64,000 nucleotides of DNA, taken from an uncultured virus (IMG/VR IMGVR_UViG_3300020196_000019). Taxonomy: Duplodnaviria > Heunggongvirae > Uroviricota > Caudoviricetes. Both the position numbers and the translations under genes were made by a program. This document shows positions 29,254-39,374 of this stretch, piece by piece (position 1 is the first letter of the stretch; each line of letters opens with the position of its first letter). The DNA lies in the IMG/VR virus record IMGVR_UViG_3300020196_000019. One strand, given 5' to 3'. Under the pieces are notes generated by a model. The model had not been told where the DNA came from, did no database searches, and saw nothing but the letters and a program-made list of their open reading frames with translations.

Positions 29254-29463
29254 ATTTTTAGTTTAAACGAGCCTCCTAGCTCATTTATCAAAGCGGGATT
29301 CGGCCATTGGGGACAAAAACCACTTTGAAGGTTTTTTCTGCGTTTGGCCTCCCCCGGCATCAGGGAGCTTTTAATGCCCGTACACCATCAAAAGCCACTT
29401 CCATTTTTGTAGGCCTTAGAACCATCGGCGCTTCCGTTTTTATAGCCTTTGCTTCTAAGTGCA

Positions 29464-29491
29464 AAACTATTAGACGGGCTTCTGATGTCAA
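29464..29491 (-). promoter_or_regulatory. Sigma70-like promoter for the capsid gene
   Basis: TTGACA-N16-TAGTTT about 210 nt upstream of the capsid ATG. Confidence 0.55.
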
Positions 29492-29516
29492 TACTATTTT
29501 ATAAAAAATGTTTAAA

Positions 29517-29702
29517 CTAGCTAGTTTTCCACTTTTCGGAGGGGTCGGGGGCAACCCTAGCTTTTATGGCGCTTTGGGCTTCCTTCAACTCGGTTGTCAG
29601 AAACAGGGCGGGCTCCCCATCTCGAAGGCCGGGTACAATAAAGCCTTCGTCTAGAAGGTATTGGAGGGCGGCAAGAGCTTCGGAATCGTTATCTTTGCTC
29701 AT
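29517..29702 (-). CDS. Hypothetical protein
   Basis: 61 aa ORF in operon context. Confidence 0.55.
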   Translation of the reverse strand: MSKDNDSEALAALQYLLDEGFIVPGLRDGEPALFLTTELKEAQSAIKARVAPDPSEKWKTS

Positions 29703-29716
29703 AAATTAAGGCTATA

Positions 29717-30499
29717 TTATAAACCGTATTCGGCAACAAGTTGCTTTGTTTTTTGAACAACATCTAAATTGTTTTTTGCTGACATTAAATGAATGTACCC
29801 TATTTGGAGAGCCTCTTCTTCGATTGGCCATCCGGGGAATAAGGTAGTAATTTGTTGACCTTGTTGATCGGAGAATCCTTTTAAAAAGTATTGCTCTGCC
29901 AAAACTGCTTTGGCCCAATTTTTTTCATAGCCGTCGTATTCTGTCCAAAACCATTTGTTTTTGGGATCAAGAACAAAATCAATAGCTTTGTTTGTGTAAG
30001 CCTCGATAAAATCAATTTTTTGCCCGCCAAAAATACCGACGTTTAAAGCTTCTTTGTCCAAGTAATTTTCCAAACAATGCTTGGAGGGACAATGTTTTTG
30101 GAATTTTTTAAGTTCATAACTATTACCTTCGCAATTTTCCGGACATTGAGTTAGAACATCAGAAAAAAGAAATTGATCGCTCAAAGGTTTTCGAAGCTGA
30201 ACATCATAGTCAATATGCAAGAAAGGTTCTTTAAACCCACAAATAAACCTGCTAGCGTAAATTTTGGGAAGACTCCAAACTTGTTCGTAACCTTTAGGAA
30301 CAAAGAAAGAATCCACAAAAAATTCGTCAAAGTTTACTTTTTTAAAATACGGGTAAAATTTTTTATCAACTATAAAAAAAATTTTAGAAAATTGTTCTGT
30401 TTGCCGCAAAAAATAAACACAGAGCTTGTGGAGGTTAACCAAATGATCTGAGGGAAATCTCAGATAACTTTGGGAGCTAAAAGATAGCCACGCATTCAT
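29717..30499 (-). CDS. Glycosyltransferase-like protein (GT-A DxD; DUF6734-like)
   Basis: WSLPKIYA...EPFLHIDYDV...LNVGIFGG...EQYFL...YIHL; start at ATG 30499 coupled to the upstream stop (TGATG). Confidence 0.6.
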   Translation of the reverse strand: MNAWLSFSSQSYLRFPSDHLVNLHKLCVYFLRQTEQFSKIFFIVDKKFYPYFKKVNFDEFFVDSFFVPKGYEQVWSLPKIYASRFICGFKEPFLHIDYDVQLRKPLSDQFLFSDVLTQCPENCEGNSYELKKFQKHCPSKHCLENYLDKEALNVGIFGGQKIDFIEAYTNKAIDFVLDPKNKWFWTEYDGYEKNWAKAVLAEQYFLKGFSDQQGQQITTLFPGWPIEEEALQIGYIHLMSAKNNLDVVQKTKQLVAEYGL

Positions 30500-31110
30500 C
30501 AATAACCGGAAGTGCCGACACCGCCACCGCCACAACCTCCGCTTCCACTTCCGCTTCCACTTCCAGTAGGTGATCCCGGAGGAAAATAAAAAGTTATGTT
30601 TAGGGTGTACGTCGAAGTTCCGGCCTTGGTAATTGAGGTTATTGTTACAGGACGGGAAAAATAAAGACCGTTCGGAGGAATAATGTGGGGATAAGTAGGC
30701 CAACCATTAATTATAAAGTCACCGCTAAAATTATCGCGATAACAGAATAGACCGAATAAATATTCCGATGGCGTTATAACGCCCTTTAAAAAACTTATCG
30801 GCGGATTAACAGAAAAAGTTTCGGGTTCAAGTCTCCCGGGATAACGAAAGGGGAGACGGAAAAAAAAATAATTCCGTCCGTCAATTTCAAATGCGCTTCC
30901 GGCAGAGGGGGGCCAAGTCTGTAAAAGTTTCCGGCTTGCGGGAAGATCGGATTCGTCAATGGGTTGAAGCTGATTGTTTACAAAAACAATAGAAGAAGAT
31001 TTTCTTTTTGCTAGTCTTGAGTCGGGAGAAACAGGCAGTTGAGATCTGGAAACGCCCTTAACAAAAATAGTGCGCCCGTTTTTAGTTCGAATAAACCTAC
31101 TCATAGACAA
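30499..31110 (-). CDS. Hypothetical virion-associated protein with Gly/Ser C-terminal tail
   Basis: 203 aa ORF. Confidence 0.5.
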   Translation of the reverse strand: MSMSRFIRTKNGRTIFVKGVSRSQLPVSPDSRLAKRKSSSIVFVNNQLQPIDESDLPASRKLLQTWPPSAGSAFEIDGRNYFFFRLPFRYPGRLEPETFSVNPPISFLKGVITPSEYLFGLFCYRDNFSGDFIINGWPTYPHIIPPNGLYFSRPVTITSITKAGTSTYTLNITFYFPPGSPTGSGSGSGSGGCGGGGVGTSGY

Positions 31111-31214
31111 ACTAAAAAATGAGGCAGATTTTTAGTGTGTCAATTGTCTTAGGGAAGTCCGATTGCATCACCTGAATACAGCGGTCTTCGCGGCTCACGG
31201 CTTGCTCGGCGGAT

Positions 31215-31814
31215 TTACGCTATCCGCAGAATTTTGTCTGGCAGATAAAAAACTGTTCCAGAAGGAATTTGAGACGAAGAAACAAGCGAAATTCCACCCG
31301 ATATTTCAGCTGGTGATGAGAAGTTAGTCGCCCACGTCAGGTAGCTCGAATCATACTCAAAGCTCAAGGTGTAATCGGAGTCGCCAAGAGTCATCGAGTA
31401 GGGGCCAAGAGGACCAGTACTTGCTATAATATAATAGGAGCCGTCTGGGATTGTGAAGGCCGTATTCCCCTTCTGGGTTATAAACGTAGTTCCTGTTGAC
31501 GGAGAACTTGCATCAAGCGGGATTATTCCAGTAATTGTATTCGCACTCATCCTAAAATTCGAAAAGGTAAGGCTTCCGTTATTGGCTATAGCTGTTATCA
31601 ATCCTAAGTTGTGCCTAGCTCCGTTGAAATCCAAGGATTGGAGCCTATTTGAAGTGGTCAGCTGTGTTAAAAATCTTGAACCTGACGCAGCAAGGGTGGT
31701 TGAGTAATTTGCCTGAAACGAACCGTCGCCCGAAGACCCCGATACCGTTGGCGCGATTACAGCGGATACGGCAGACGACACCGGTGATGCTGGCATTTTC
31801 CGATATAATGGCAT
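31215..31814 (-). CDS. Hypothetical structural protein
   Basis: 199 aa, Ser/Thr beta-rich, GAGG RBS. Confidence 0.5.
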   Translation of the reverse strand: MPLYRKMPASPVSSAVSAVIAPTVSGSSGDGSFQANYSTTLAASGSRFLTQLTTSNRLQSLDFNGARHNLGLITAIANNGSLTFSNFRMSANTITGIIPLDASSPSTGTTFITQKGNTAFTIPDGSYYIIASTGPLGPYSMTLGDSDYTLSFEYDSSYLTWATNFSSPAEISGGISLVSSSQIPSGTVFYLPDKILRIA

Positions 31815-31830
31815 TACTCGTATACCTCTT

Positions 31831-33363
31831 TTAAGTAGTAATCTCTGTTACCTTAGCATTTCCGGCGGTGGCAAAAATCGCCATCACTCTTCCGGTATAT
31901 TTTTCAATTTCCAGATAATCGCCACTAGTAAGCCTGACGGAATAATTTGAAGTGGAAGCCGTTCCGTCCCCATAAAGAACGTGAAGGGTCCCCGCGCCTT
32001 CGTTGAAAATAGTCAAAAGCTTTCTGTTTACGTTTAATGGCCTCAATTCAACTGAGTTGACGGATGAGAAGGTGCTTACGGTAGCCATCCCGGTTGCGCC
32101 ACGATCTGAGGTTTGGGCGGTTCCGGAAACAGTAACAGGAAGTTCCCGAAGGGTACTATTAATGTCCACGATAGAATGAGTGAGAGTCCTGTGACCCGGA
32201 AAATTATCAAAAACGCTAGGCTGTCCCTTGTATGGTGCGCGAACAGAAACATAGCGTATGCTCCAGCTACCGCCACCAGCGCCAGTTATACTTACTCTAA
32301 TCCAGCGATTTTTGATATTGGCAACGTGATGAAGAGACAAAACATATAGTCCATTTAAGCCGCTTCGAAATCTTGCATTTGAAAAATTTAAAGCGGTTGT
32401 ATCAAGATTTGAGGTCGGCATTCTTTCTTGATATAGATTTAATCCGCCTTGAGAAGTAGTGTCGCTAAAGGATGTAAAAGCGCTATTGGCGGACAATTGA
32501 AGATTGTGAGTATATCCGCCCCCGCCCCCATAAAGATAAATATAAACATAATCGGCATCTGCGCCGCAATCAAAAGCGGCGTGAGTACCTGCTCCGCTAT
32601 ACCCGAGCCAAGGGCTTTGATTTACTGTTCCCTCCGGAAGAGGAAGGGAAGTGGCGGAGATGGGGAGAGGGTTGTTTGTTCCTACAACACTCGCCACATC
32701 TCCGTTATTAAAGGCAAGGCCAACACCTCCACTTAAGGTAAACCCGCCGTTTGTCCCAAGTATTCTTTCTGTACCGCCCTCGATTATTGCATTTTCACTT
32801 AAGCTAATGGGGAGAGGATTTACCTTGCTTACCTGATGAAAAGCCCCGGCCTCTATGTCTGCCCATCCAATCTGAACTCCCCTGTTTGGTATACCATCAT
32901 TTTCAAGCGAGGAAAAATCAAGCGGTATTTGATTTCCATTTTCAGCATCAACTAAATTCGCCGTCACCGTGCCGCTGATTGGCATACCAGCATTTGCATC
33001 TTGTGATACTGGAATTACAGAGCCGCCGGGACTATCAAAATAAGCGGGAACAAAAACAGGAGTGCCGGAATCATATTGTTGATCGGCTAATGTCGCCGTC
33101 ACCGTTCCCGAGACAGGAAAGGTCCCGCCAGCACCATCTACTTTTAGCTTGTCACCCGAAACAGCCGAAGGAAGCTTTCCGACAAGACGTTTTAAAAAGC
33201 CAATGATATTGGAATCATTAGCGGAATCAGAAGCCGCCGGAGAAGAATTTACTGCTCCGATTTCGTTGTCTAAGTTGTTAAGAGGAGTTGTGAGAGTTGA
33301 GGGAGCCGTTACAACATTTACGTCGCTTGCGCTACCCGACCCGGTTCCTGAAAAAACGCTCAT
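31831..33363 (-). CDS. Putative head fibre/decoration protein
   Basis: PVSGTVTA and NPLP repeats; C-terminal RKLLTIFN jelly-roll-like domain; AGGAG RBS. Confidence 0.5.
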   Translation of the reverse strand: MSVFSGTGSGSASDVNVVTAPSTLTTPLNNLDNEIGAVNSSPAASDSANDSNIIGFLKRLVGKLPSAVSGDKLKVDGAGGTFPVSGTVTATLADQQYDSGTPVFVPAYFDSPGGSVIPVSQDANAGMPISGTVTANLVDAENGNQIPLDFSSLENDGIPNRGVQIGWADIEAGAFHQVSKVNPLPISLSENAIIEGGTERILGTNGGFTLSGGVGLAFNNGDVASVVGTNNPLPISATSLPLPEGTVNQSPWLGYSGAGTHAAFDCGADADYVYIYLYGGGGGYTHNLQLSANSAFTSFSDTTSQGGLNLYQERMPTSNLDTTALNFSNARFRSGLNGLYVLSLHHVANIKNRWIRVSITGAGGGSWSIRYVSVRAPYKGQPSVFDNFPGHRTLTHSIVDINSTLRELPVTVSGTAQTSDRGATGMATVSTFSSVNSVELRPLNVNRKLLTIFNEGAGTLHVLYGDGTASTSNYSVRLTSGDYLEIEKYTGRVMAIFATAGNAKVTEITT

Positions 33364-33378
33364 TGATTAATCTCCTTG

Positions 33379-33735
33379 TTAGACCGTGTAGGCCTCTAAG
33401 ATATAGTAAGCTTTATTTGCGGCGGTGCAAAAAATTCTAATGTCCGTAAGCGGAACAAAACTGTCCCCAAAAACAACCCCGCCATTATTAGCGGGAAGAC
33501 GAAGACTATCGGCGGTTCCAGCTGAGCCGAAGCCAACAGTCATTTGAGTGTCGCTTTGATTTTGAATCAGCAAATATTGGCGGGTAGGCCTAGCGGGAAG
33601 CGCGGCCTGTGTGGCACTTTGAGAGCCAGCAACAGAAACTCCGTTTACAATATTTGAAACAATGTTTCCGCCTTCGGTAGCTCCGAGGGTCGATGAAATA
33701 TCGGCAAGATAATCAATCTCGTTTTTGCGAGGCAT
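33379..33735 (-). CDS. Putative decoration/spike protein
   Basis: RQYLLIQNQS...VGFG jelly-roll-like motif. Confidence 0.45.
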   Translation of the reverse strand: MPRKNEIDYLADISSTLGATEGGNIVSNIVNGVSVAGSQSATQAALPARPTRQYLLIQNQSDTQMTVGFGSAGTADSLRLPANNGGVVFGDSFVPLTDIRIFCTAANKAYYILEAYTV

Positions 33736-33741
33736 AACTTT

Positions 33742-33769
33742 AAATTAGATTTTTGGTTTTTCCTGTCAA
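33742..33769 (-). promoter_or_regulatory. Sigma70-like promoter, probably leaderless
   Basis: TTGACA-N16-TAATTT, 6 nt upstream of ATG 33735. Confidence 0.5.
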
Positions 33770-33774
33770 CACTA

Positions 33775-34986
33775 CTACCGTAAACCAGCTTCCAAGGCGG
33801 CAACCAAGCCTAGGCTTTTATCCATAGGTTCGGGAGTATTGGCCCCAGCCCCGGCAGTTACAGGTCCGCTAGAAGGTGTGGCCGAAGCGTATTTCTGTAG
33901 CTGAGTGCGGAGAGAGGTAATTTCTTCGTTAGACTTGGCAACGTAGGTGTCGAACATCTGACGGATAACCGGGAAGCTGACGGCCTGTAGGGTAAGCTGA
34001 GCCTTCTGCTTCGGAGTCAATTCCGTGTTCTCTACGCTGAGAGCCGTGGTGTAAATCTGTTCCAAAGACTTATTCCAAGCTTCATTGTCTGCGGACTTGC
34101 GGAAGTAAACCGGACCATTTTCGGTAAAGTCTCGAAAGGTGTCTTGGTAGCTTTTCAAGGTCTCCGTCACCGCCCGCTCTTGGAACTCCTTCGCGGCTTT
34201 TTCGCGCTGTTCCTCCATCACTTTGATGGTTGTGGAAATATCCTTTCGCAGTTCATCATCCTTAGATTTAAGTTCTAGAAGACTATCGATGGCCTTCCGC
34301 GCCTCGAAGGCATCGCTTTGACTTAGCTCTTTGGTAATGGAGTTAATTTTCTTACGACGCTCAACCGGATCTTCAACCGCCGCCGCCTTAAGAAAGGCAT
34401 CGGGATCTAGGTCGTTGGCCTTTGCCAAGATCTCCAAGTCGCTTGCAAGTTTCATCTTCGGGGCGGTAATCTGTTCGTTATATTCCGGGCTGGCTTCAAG
34501 GTTGATAACCTTGAGCTTGGACTCGTACTCCTCGATGCGTTTCTGATACTTGGTAAGTTCGTCAGAATTAACGGACTTGGATTGCTTAGATTCAAGTTCA
34601 GCAATCTTAGTCTCATAGGATTTTAGGCGTTCGCGCTCGGCCTTAAGATCGCTGGTAATTTTTTGGAAGGCGGCGCTTACCGCCGGGTTGGCATCCTTCG
34701 GAAGAACGGGTTCTTCTGCGGCCTTCGGAGTCTCCTTCGCGGTCTCTTTCTTAAAGACATCGGGAAGAGCTTCAATCTTTGGGTCAAACTCGTTGCCCGC
34801 CGTGGAAGCTTCGGTGGGAGCCTTTGCGGGTTCCTTGGCGGAGGGGGTTGTTACGGCTGGCGTGATAGTATCGTTTGATTTGACGGGCTCGGGAGTCTTT
34901 CCAATACTGTCAATCTCGGAACCAATAATGTCGGCAAAAGTTGACTGAGTTGCGGCTGGTGCGGTAGGTGCTTCGACGGGGGGCAT
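33775..34986 (-). CDS. Capsid scaffolding protein
   Basis: Disordered Pro/Glu/Ala N-terminus, coiled coil, downstream of the portal; AAGGAG RBS. Confidence 0.6.
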   Translation of the reverse strand: MPPVEAPTAPAATQSTFADIIGSEIDSIGKTPEPVKSNDTITPAVTTPSAKEPAKAPTEASTAGNEFDPKIEALPDVFKKETAKETPKAAEEPVLPKDANPAVSAAFQKITSDLKAERERLKSYETKIAELESKQSKSVNSDELTKYQKRIEEYESKLKVINLEASPEYNEQITAPKMKLASDLEILAKANDLDPDAFLKAAAVEDPVERRKKINSITKELSQSDAFEARKAIDSLLELKSKDDELRKDISTTIKVMEEQREKAAKEFQERAVTETLKSYQDTFRDFTENGPVYFRKSADNEAWNKSLEQIYTTALSVENTELTPKQKAQLTLQAVSFPVIRQMFDTYVAKSNEEITSLRTQLQKYASATPSSGPVTAGAGANTPEPMDKSLGLVAALEAGLR

Positions 34987-34999
34987 TTGTTAGTCTCCT

Positions 35000-35296
35000 T
35001 TATATGTTAGCTTCTGGGGAAGGATTCTTCGACCAAGGCTCAACTTCGTCAACCGGGTCGGGTTTATTCTTAGTAATAGTTAAAACCTCCAAGTTTCGAA
35101 GGGCATCGTAATAACCCTCCCGGCGAGCGTTGCACAGAGCATTATGCTCAATGTAAGAAACATTTTCACCCGGTAAGTTAATGGCTCGAGGTTGGCCGAC
35201 ATCTTTTAACAGCCGAAGAGCTTCTTGAATAATAGGGGCTTGAAGCGCAATACGAAGTTCCTCCGGCTTTGAAGAGGCGAACCATTCATTTAACAT
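35000..35296 (-). CDS. Small conserved head-module protein
   Basis: Between portal and scaffold; RREGY motif. Confidence 0.5.
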   Translation of the reverse strand: MLNEWFASSKPEELRIALQAPIIQEALRLLKDVGQPRAINLPGENVSYIEHNALCNARREGYYDALRNLEVLTITKNKPDPVDEVEPWSKNPSPEANI

Positions 35297-35328
35297 ATCG
35301 GGGGACTTTGAGGACTAACTCCTATTGG

Positions 35329-37533
35329 TCAAGCGTTTTCGTAAGAAATTTTTTGAGCGTTCTTTGCGTCTTCAATGGCCATTTCTTGCTGGGCTTTGGC
35401 CATACGTATCTGGCTATCGGTCTGAGCTTTGGCCCTTGCGATCTCCATTGCGTTTTGTGCTTTCATAGCCTCAAATTGAATTTTTTGCTGTTCGGGAGAA
35501 GGTTGGGAGCCAGCCGATTGCTGTTGGGCAGCTTGTAGTTTCCTACCCGTATTTTCAACAAACTCACGCATCAAATTGAGAATCTTGAGATACTGTCCTA
35601 CTTCCTTCTCCTTAGACTGATCTTTTGCCAAGAACTGTAGGTGCGCGGCGCAATGCGGAAGTTGCGCGGAAAAATAACGAAGCATAGCCATCTCATCGAT
35701 CTGTTGCTCTTGTTCGAGCATTTCAAGATTTTGAGCAACATCTATAAAGTGAACCCTACAATGTTCTCCGTGAAGATCATCGGGGCTAACCGGGAGAGAC
35801 TTCCCGCTATTCATTGCGGCATTTTCAAGGGTGGCCATCTTTGCGTCGAGAGTAGGACGAAGCTTCTGGGCGTTGGGGGGAGGAACATATCGATCAACAT
35901 TCGAATAGCCGACTCGTGCGGCTACTCGATCACGTAGCAGGTTTTGACGACCAACTTCATCGAAGCCACCGGAAATTTGCAAGAACTCATTGAAAGCTTG
36001 TAGACGTTGGGCGGGAGAACCGTAACCAACGGCGCGAACAGGTTCAACGTCCAGCAACTCAGGCTTAAGAGACTTAACATCAATCTTGCGCATCTTAAGA
36101 CGCTCGTGGAGTTGTTTCACCTGATCGTAGCCGCTTTGATATTCTCCGTAGCTTTTGTTAATCATCCGGCGAAAGACTTCTTTAAGAAATTTTTGCCAAG
36201 GGGTGTAAAACAAATTCATTGCGCTAGTAGTAAGAACGCTTTGATTAGCGACAGTAGCCCGAATCTCTTCAGCGGTGCGCGGTTTGGTAAGTCCGTCTCC
36301 GGTGGCCTCAATTTGATAGGAACCCGCAACATTCGCACGTTGACGACCAAGATCCCCCAAAATCGGAAGAGCCGCGTCCCCAATGTTTGTCATCCTTGCG
36401 GGAACAACTGAAACATTTGGGGGGAGAATAGTGACGGGACCCTGCTGACTAAGAACAAAATTATCGGCATCTGCGGGAGTGGCGGGCTGAAGAAGAATCG
36501 TGGAGCTAAGAAGAGCGCCATCTACCATTGTGTTTCGGAAGCGATTGCTGACGGCAATAGAGGGAAAAATCTTGTGCCCGAGGCCACGAACGGAATGAAG
36601 GAGCCCATTCCCAACGCTAAAAGGGAAAAAGATAAAAGCTTCTGTGGCGCGGTTAAAACGACGGTCTTTTCGAAAAAGAAATTCTCCCGTTCCGTCGCGA
36701 GTGCCAATAAAATGTGAATAAGTTCCGTCGCTCTCTCGACAATAATAATGACATACCGGGATAGAGGGAGAACGAACATAGCTGTAATGAAGCTCGTTAG
36801 TTTTAATTTCTTTCTGAAGTTGCTCCCAATCGTCGTGTTCCCTGCCAATTTGTCCGGCACTAGCAGAAGCCCGTTTAATCGCTTCTTTTACTTCGTTTAC
36901 ATTCCAACCTGCGGCCTTTGCGGCTTTTGGGTCATCAATAAAATCAAACAATTCGTGAGCCAAATAACTGCGTTTAACCACAATAAACTCGACCATATCC
37001 TCATTCATAGGAGTTTGATCGGGAACAAGAAAATCTCCCAAACCGCAAACATTATACCGCCAGCTTGTTTCGTTCTCAAAAAAAACTGCGCCTAGGCCGT
37101 AAGCTACAAAATGATGCGCTAAGAGATTGTAAAAATAATGAAAACGATCCCAACCAATCAAAGTGCGATGGAATTCTTCAGAAAGAATCTCTCCAATTTC
37201 AAGATTGGCGGGATCGCTGCCGACATTTAAACGGATATTGGCCAAACGATCTACGCCGTTAACCAAATCAACGTACGCAGAAAGAGACTTTTCTAAGTCA
37301 GCGTAAGCTTCTCCAAAATTAAGGTTACTGCGATAGCTCTGGCCCAAAGCCTTCAGGGTTGAAGGATTGTATGGAGCCGCTCCGTCAAACATCGACATAA
37401 TCCGACTGCGATCTTGACTACGAATATTGTCAGCATCCCGAAGCTTCCTATACATAGTATAGGCGCTTTGGTGATCTTTAATGCGAACGCGGGGTTGCCG
37501 CCCTGTTTCGGTAATGGTTTCTAAGCCTTGCAC
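35329..37533 (-). CDS. Portal protein
   Basis: 734 aa directly after terminase; C-terminal Gln-rich coiled-coil barrel as in P22-like portals. Confidence 0.75.
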   Translation of the reverse strand: MQGLETITETGRQPRVRIKDHQSAYTMYRKLRDADNIRSQDRSRIMSMFDGAAPYNPSTLKALGQSYRSNLNFGEAYADLEKSLSAYVDLVNGVDRLANIRLNVGSDPANLEIGEILSEEFHRTLIGWDRFHYFYNLLAHHFVAYGLGAVFFENETSWRYNVCGLGDFLVPDQTPMNEDMVEFIVVKRSYLAHELFDFIDDPKAAKAAGWNVNEVKEAIKRASASAGQIGREHDDWEQLQKEIKTNELHYSYVRSPSIPVCHYYCRESDGTYSHFIGTRDGTGEFLFRKDRRFNRATEAFIFFPFSVGNGLLHSVRGLGHKIFPSIAVSNRFRNTMVDGALLSSTILLQPATPADADNFVLSQQGPVTILPPNVSVVPARMTNIGDAALPILGDLGRQRANVAGSYQIEATGDGLTKPRTAEEIRATVANQSVLTTSAMNLFYTPWQKFLKEVFRRMINKSYGEYQSGYDQVKQLHERLKMRKIDVKSLKPELLDVEPVRAVGYGSPAQRLQAFNEFLQISGGFDEVGRQNLLRDRVAARVGYSNVDRYVPPPNAQKLRPTLDAKMATLENAAMNSGKSLPVSPDDLHGEHCRVHFIDVAQNLEMLEQEQQIDEMAMLRYFSAQLPHCAAHLQFLAKDQSKEKEVGQYLKILNLMREFVENTGRKLQAAQQQSAGSQPSPEQQKIQFEAMKAQNAMEIARAKAQTDSQIRMAKAQQEMAIEDAKNAQKISYENA

Positions 37534-37536
37534 GTC

Positions 37537-39333
37537 CTAAAGAGTCTGGTGAAAGATGCTTAGATTGTCAACATCCGAACTAGCTAACAATATGTTAGAT
37601 GAGTCAATGGCCCCCGGGTCCTTCCGTTTAACCACTTGCCGCCAACTGTCTCGTTGGGTTTGTAAGAAAGTCCCAGAAGGATAAAAGCCGTGAACGTGTC
37701 TGGCCACGTCTAAGCATATAAAAGCCGCATCGGCTAAGTCGGGGCTTTTCCCCACCCTACTCTTGTAGTCTACCTTCGGCTCTAAGCGTATCTTTCCGCC
37801 CGCAATAGTCTGATACTTTCGATTGGTCATTTCGGTAGCTAATTGCGGAGTTACTCCTCCAAGTTGAAAGCTGCGGAGAGCTTCCAAGGCGACGTACCAA
37901 AGTTCTGTTGCTCGTAGGTCAAACTTGTCTTTTGCCGGAGTTGGACTTACCGCACTAACAGGAAGATCGGTGGGTTTGTTACCAAATTGCACACGCATAA
38001 TTTGATTGCTCCCAAGAATCTCGGCCAAAATATCGCAGAAGGGAGCGCCGCCGCCTGTTGCGTCAACGCCGATGTTCTTCGGTAAAACATTGTATTTCCG
38101 ACAAAGTTCAAAGACTTGTCGGGCTAATTGAAAGTGCCGTGGGTCTGGGCTTCGCACGTCTTCTACCAAATGAACAAAATCCTCATAGACAAACGTAGGT
38201 ACTCCTGTGGCAATGTTTTTCCCGAGCTTGCCAACACAAGCAATGGTTCTGTCGCCACCACGGCTAAACGAAGGGTCGATGCCCATTACTCGCACAACAT
38301 CTGTAAGGCTAGGTTTGTTTTCCGCATTAAACTTACGGATATCGGCCTCGGAGAACACGCAGTCATCTACCCCTGCGGGGGCCGGGAAGCTTCGTATAAA
38401 CCGCCAAAATTGCAGAGAGTTTTCACCCTCGTAGGCCTTTGCTTCGTTAATTTTTTTTGTGGTGAGTAAATACGGCCAACGATCATCGCTGGTGAGATTA
38501 GGGGACTTCATTCCGTCTAAGTGAAGACACAGACCGAGCTTGGTTTGCCATTCGCCATCTTCCACGGTGACAGAACTCCACCCAGCCTTGGGTTGGCAAA
38601 ACTGCCCAAAGGGGTCGTACATTGATTTAAAATTTCCCAACCCTACAAATTGAAACTCCGGATTAGAGTCGAGATTGTATAAAGCCTCTACGACAGATGA
38701 CGAAATATCAGTCATCTCGTCCACAATCAAATATACTCGTTTTTGTTTCAACCCGATCAACTTTGAGGATGCTTCTTTTTCTTTCTCCGGACTAGATGGG
38801 ATTAGAACTATGGCAGAACGATCTGAGCTTTCCCCCTCGTCCAAGCGAAGAATACCTAATGAATCTACAAGCTTCCCGGGAAGACCGGGAACCGCCAAAT
38901 ATAACTCACGAATAGCCCCCCAAATACGCATCCTCGCTTCTTTCAAACTTGTTGAGGTAACTAACACAAGAGTTTCGGAGGGCGATGCCAGCCAATTTAC
39001 TAAGGCCCAAACTGCCATTGTCTGGGACTTTCCGGAACTCTTGGGGCCGCTGACGGCCATATACTGATTCTCGCACGCCGCTTGCAGCATTTGTTCGGCC
39101 CAAGGATGAAACTCAAAACCGCTTTTAGTTTTTCCTTTGGAAGTATTTATAGGCCAAAGACAAGTGATAATTCTTTTAAGGTGTTCGTATTTGCCCAAAC
39201 CACCAGTTTGCTCGTTTAAACCCTGCCGGAAACAAACCAACTCAATGTCTAAGTCGCTGGCTTCATCCGGCCACACTCTTCCGTAGCGTTCCCGCATATC
39301 TACATATAGTCTCAAAAAATTTTCGTTTGACAA
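37537..39333 (-). CDS. terL: Terminase large subunit
   Basis: Walker A GPKSSGKS, Walker B LIVDE, GN coupling motif, RNase H-like GIDPS...GGD and SPDLADA. Confidence 0.9.
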   Translation of the reverse strand: MSNENFLRLYVDMRERYGRVWPDEASDLDIELVCFRQGLNEQTGGLGKYEHLKRIITCLWPINTSKGKTKSGFEFHPWAEQMLQAACENQYMAVSGPKSSGKSQTMAVWALVNWLASPSETLVLVTSTSLKEARMRIWGAIRELYLAVPGLPGKLVDSLGILRLDEGESSDRSAIVLIPSSPEKEKEASSKLIGLKQKRVYLIVDEMTDISSSVVEALYNLDSNPEFQFVGLGNFKSMYDPFGQFCQPKAGWSSVTVEDGEWQTKLGLCLHLDGMKSPNLTSDDRWPYLLTTKKINEAKAYEGENSLQFWRFIRSFPAPAGVDDCVFSEADIRKFNAENKPSLTDVVRVMGIDPSFSRGGDRTIACVGKLGKNIATGVPTFVYEDFVHLVEDVRSPDPRHFQLARQVFELCRKYNVLPKNIGVDATGGGAPFCDILAEILGSNQIMRVQFGNKPTDLPVSAVSPTPAKDKFDLRATELWYVALEALRSFQLGGVTPQLATEMTNRKYQTIAGGKIRLEPKVDYKSRVGKSPDLADAAFICLDVARHVHGFYPSGTFLQTQRDSWRQVVKRKDPGAIDSSNILLASSDVDNLSIFHQTL

Positions 39334-39374
39334 CCTTTAGTATTTTAGAGAAAGTCCGAGCATTAAAATGAATA

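Noticed and set aside
30500..30703. N-terminal extension of the 328-aa track ORF (WKWKRKWKRR)
   Set aside because: Alternative-frame reading of the upstream gene's Gly/Ser tail; the coupled ATG at 30499 is the better start
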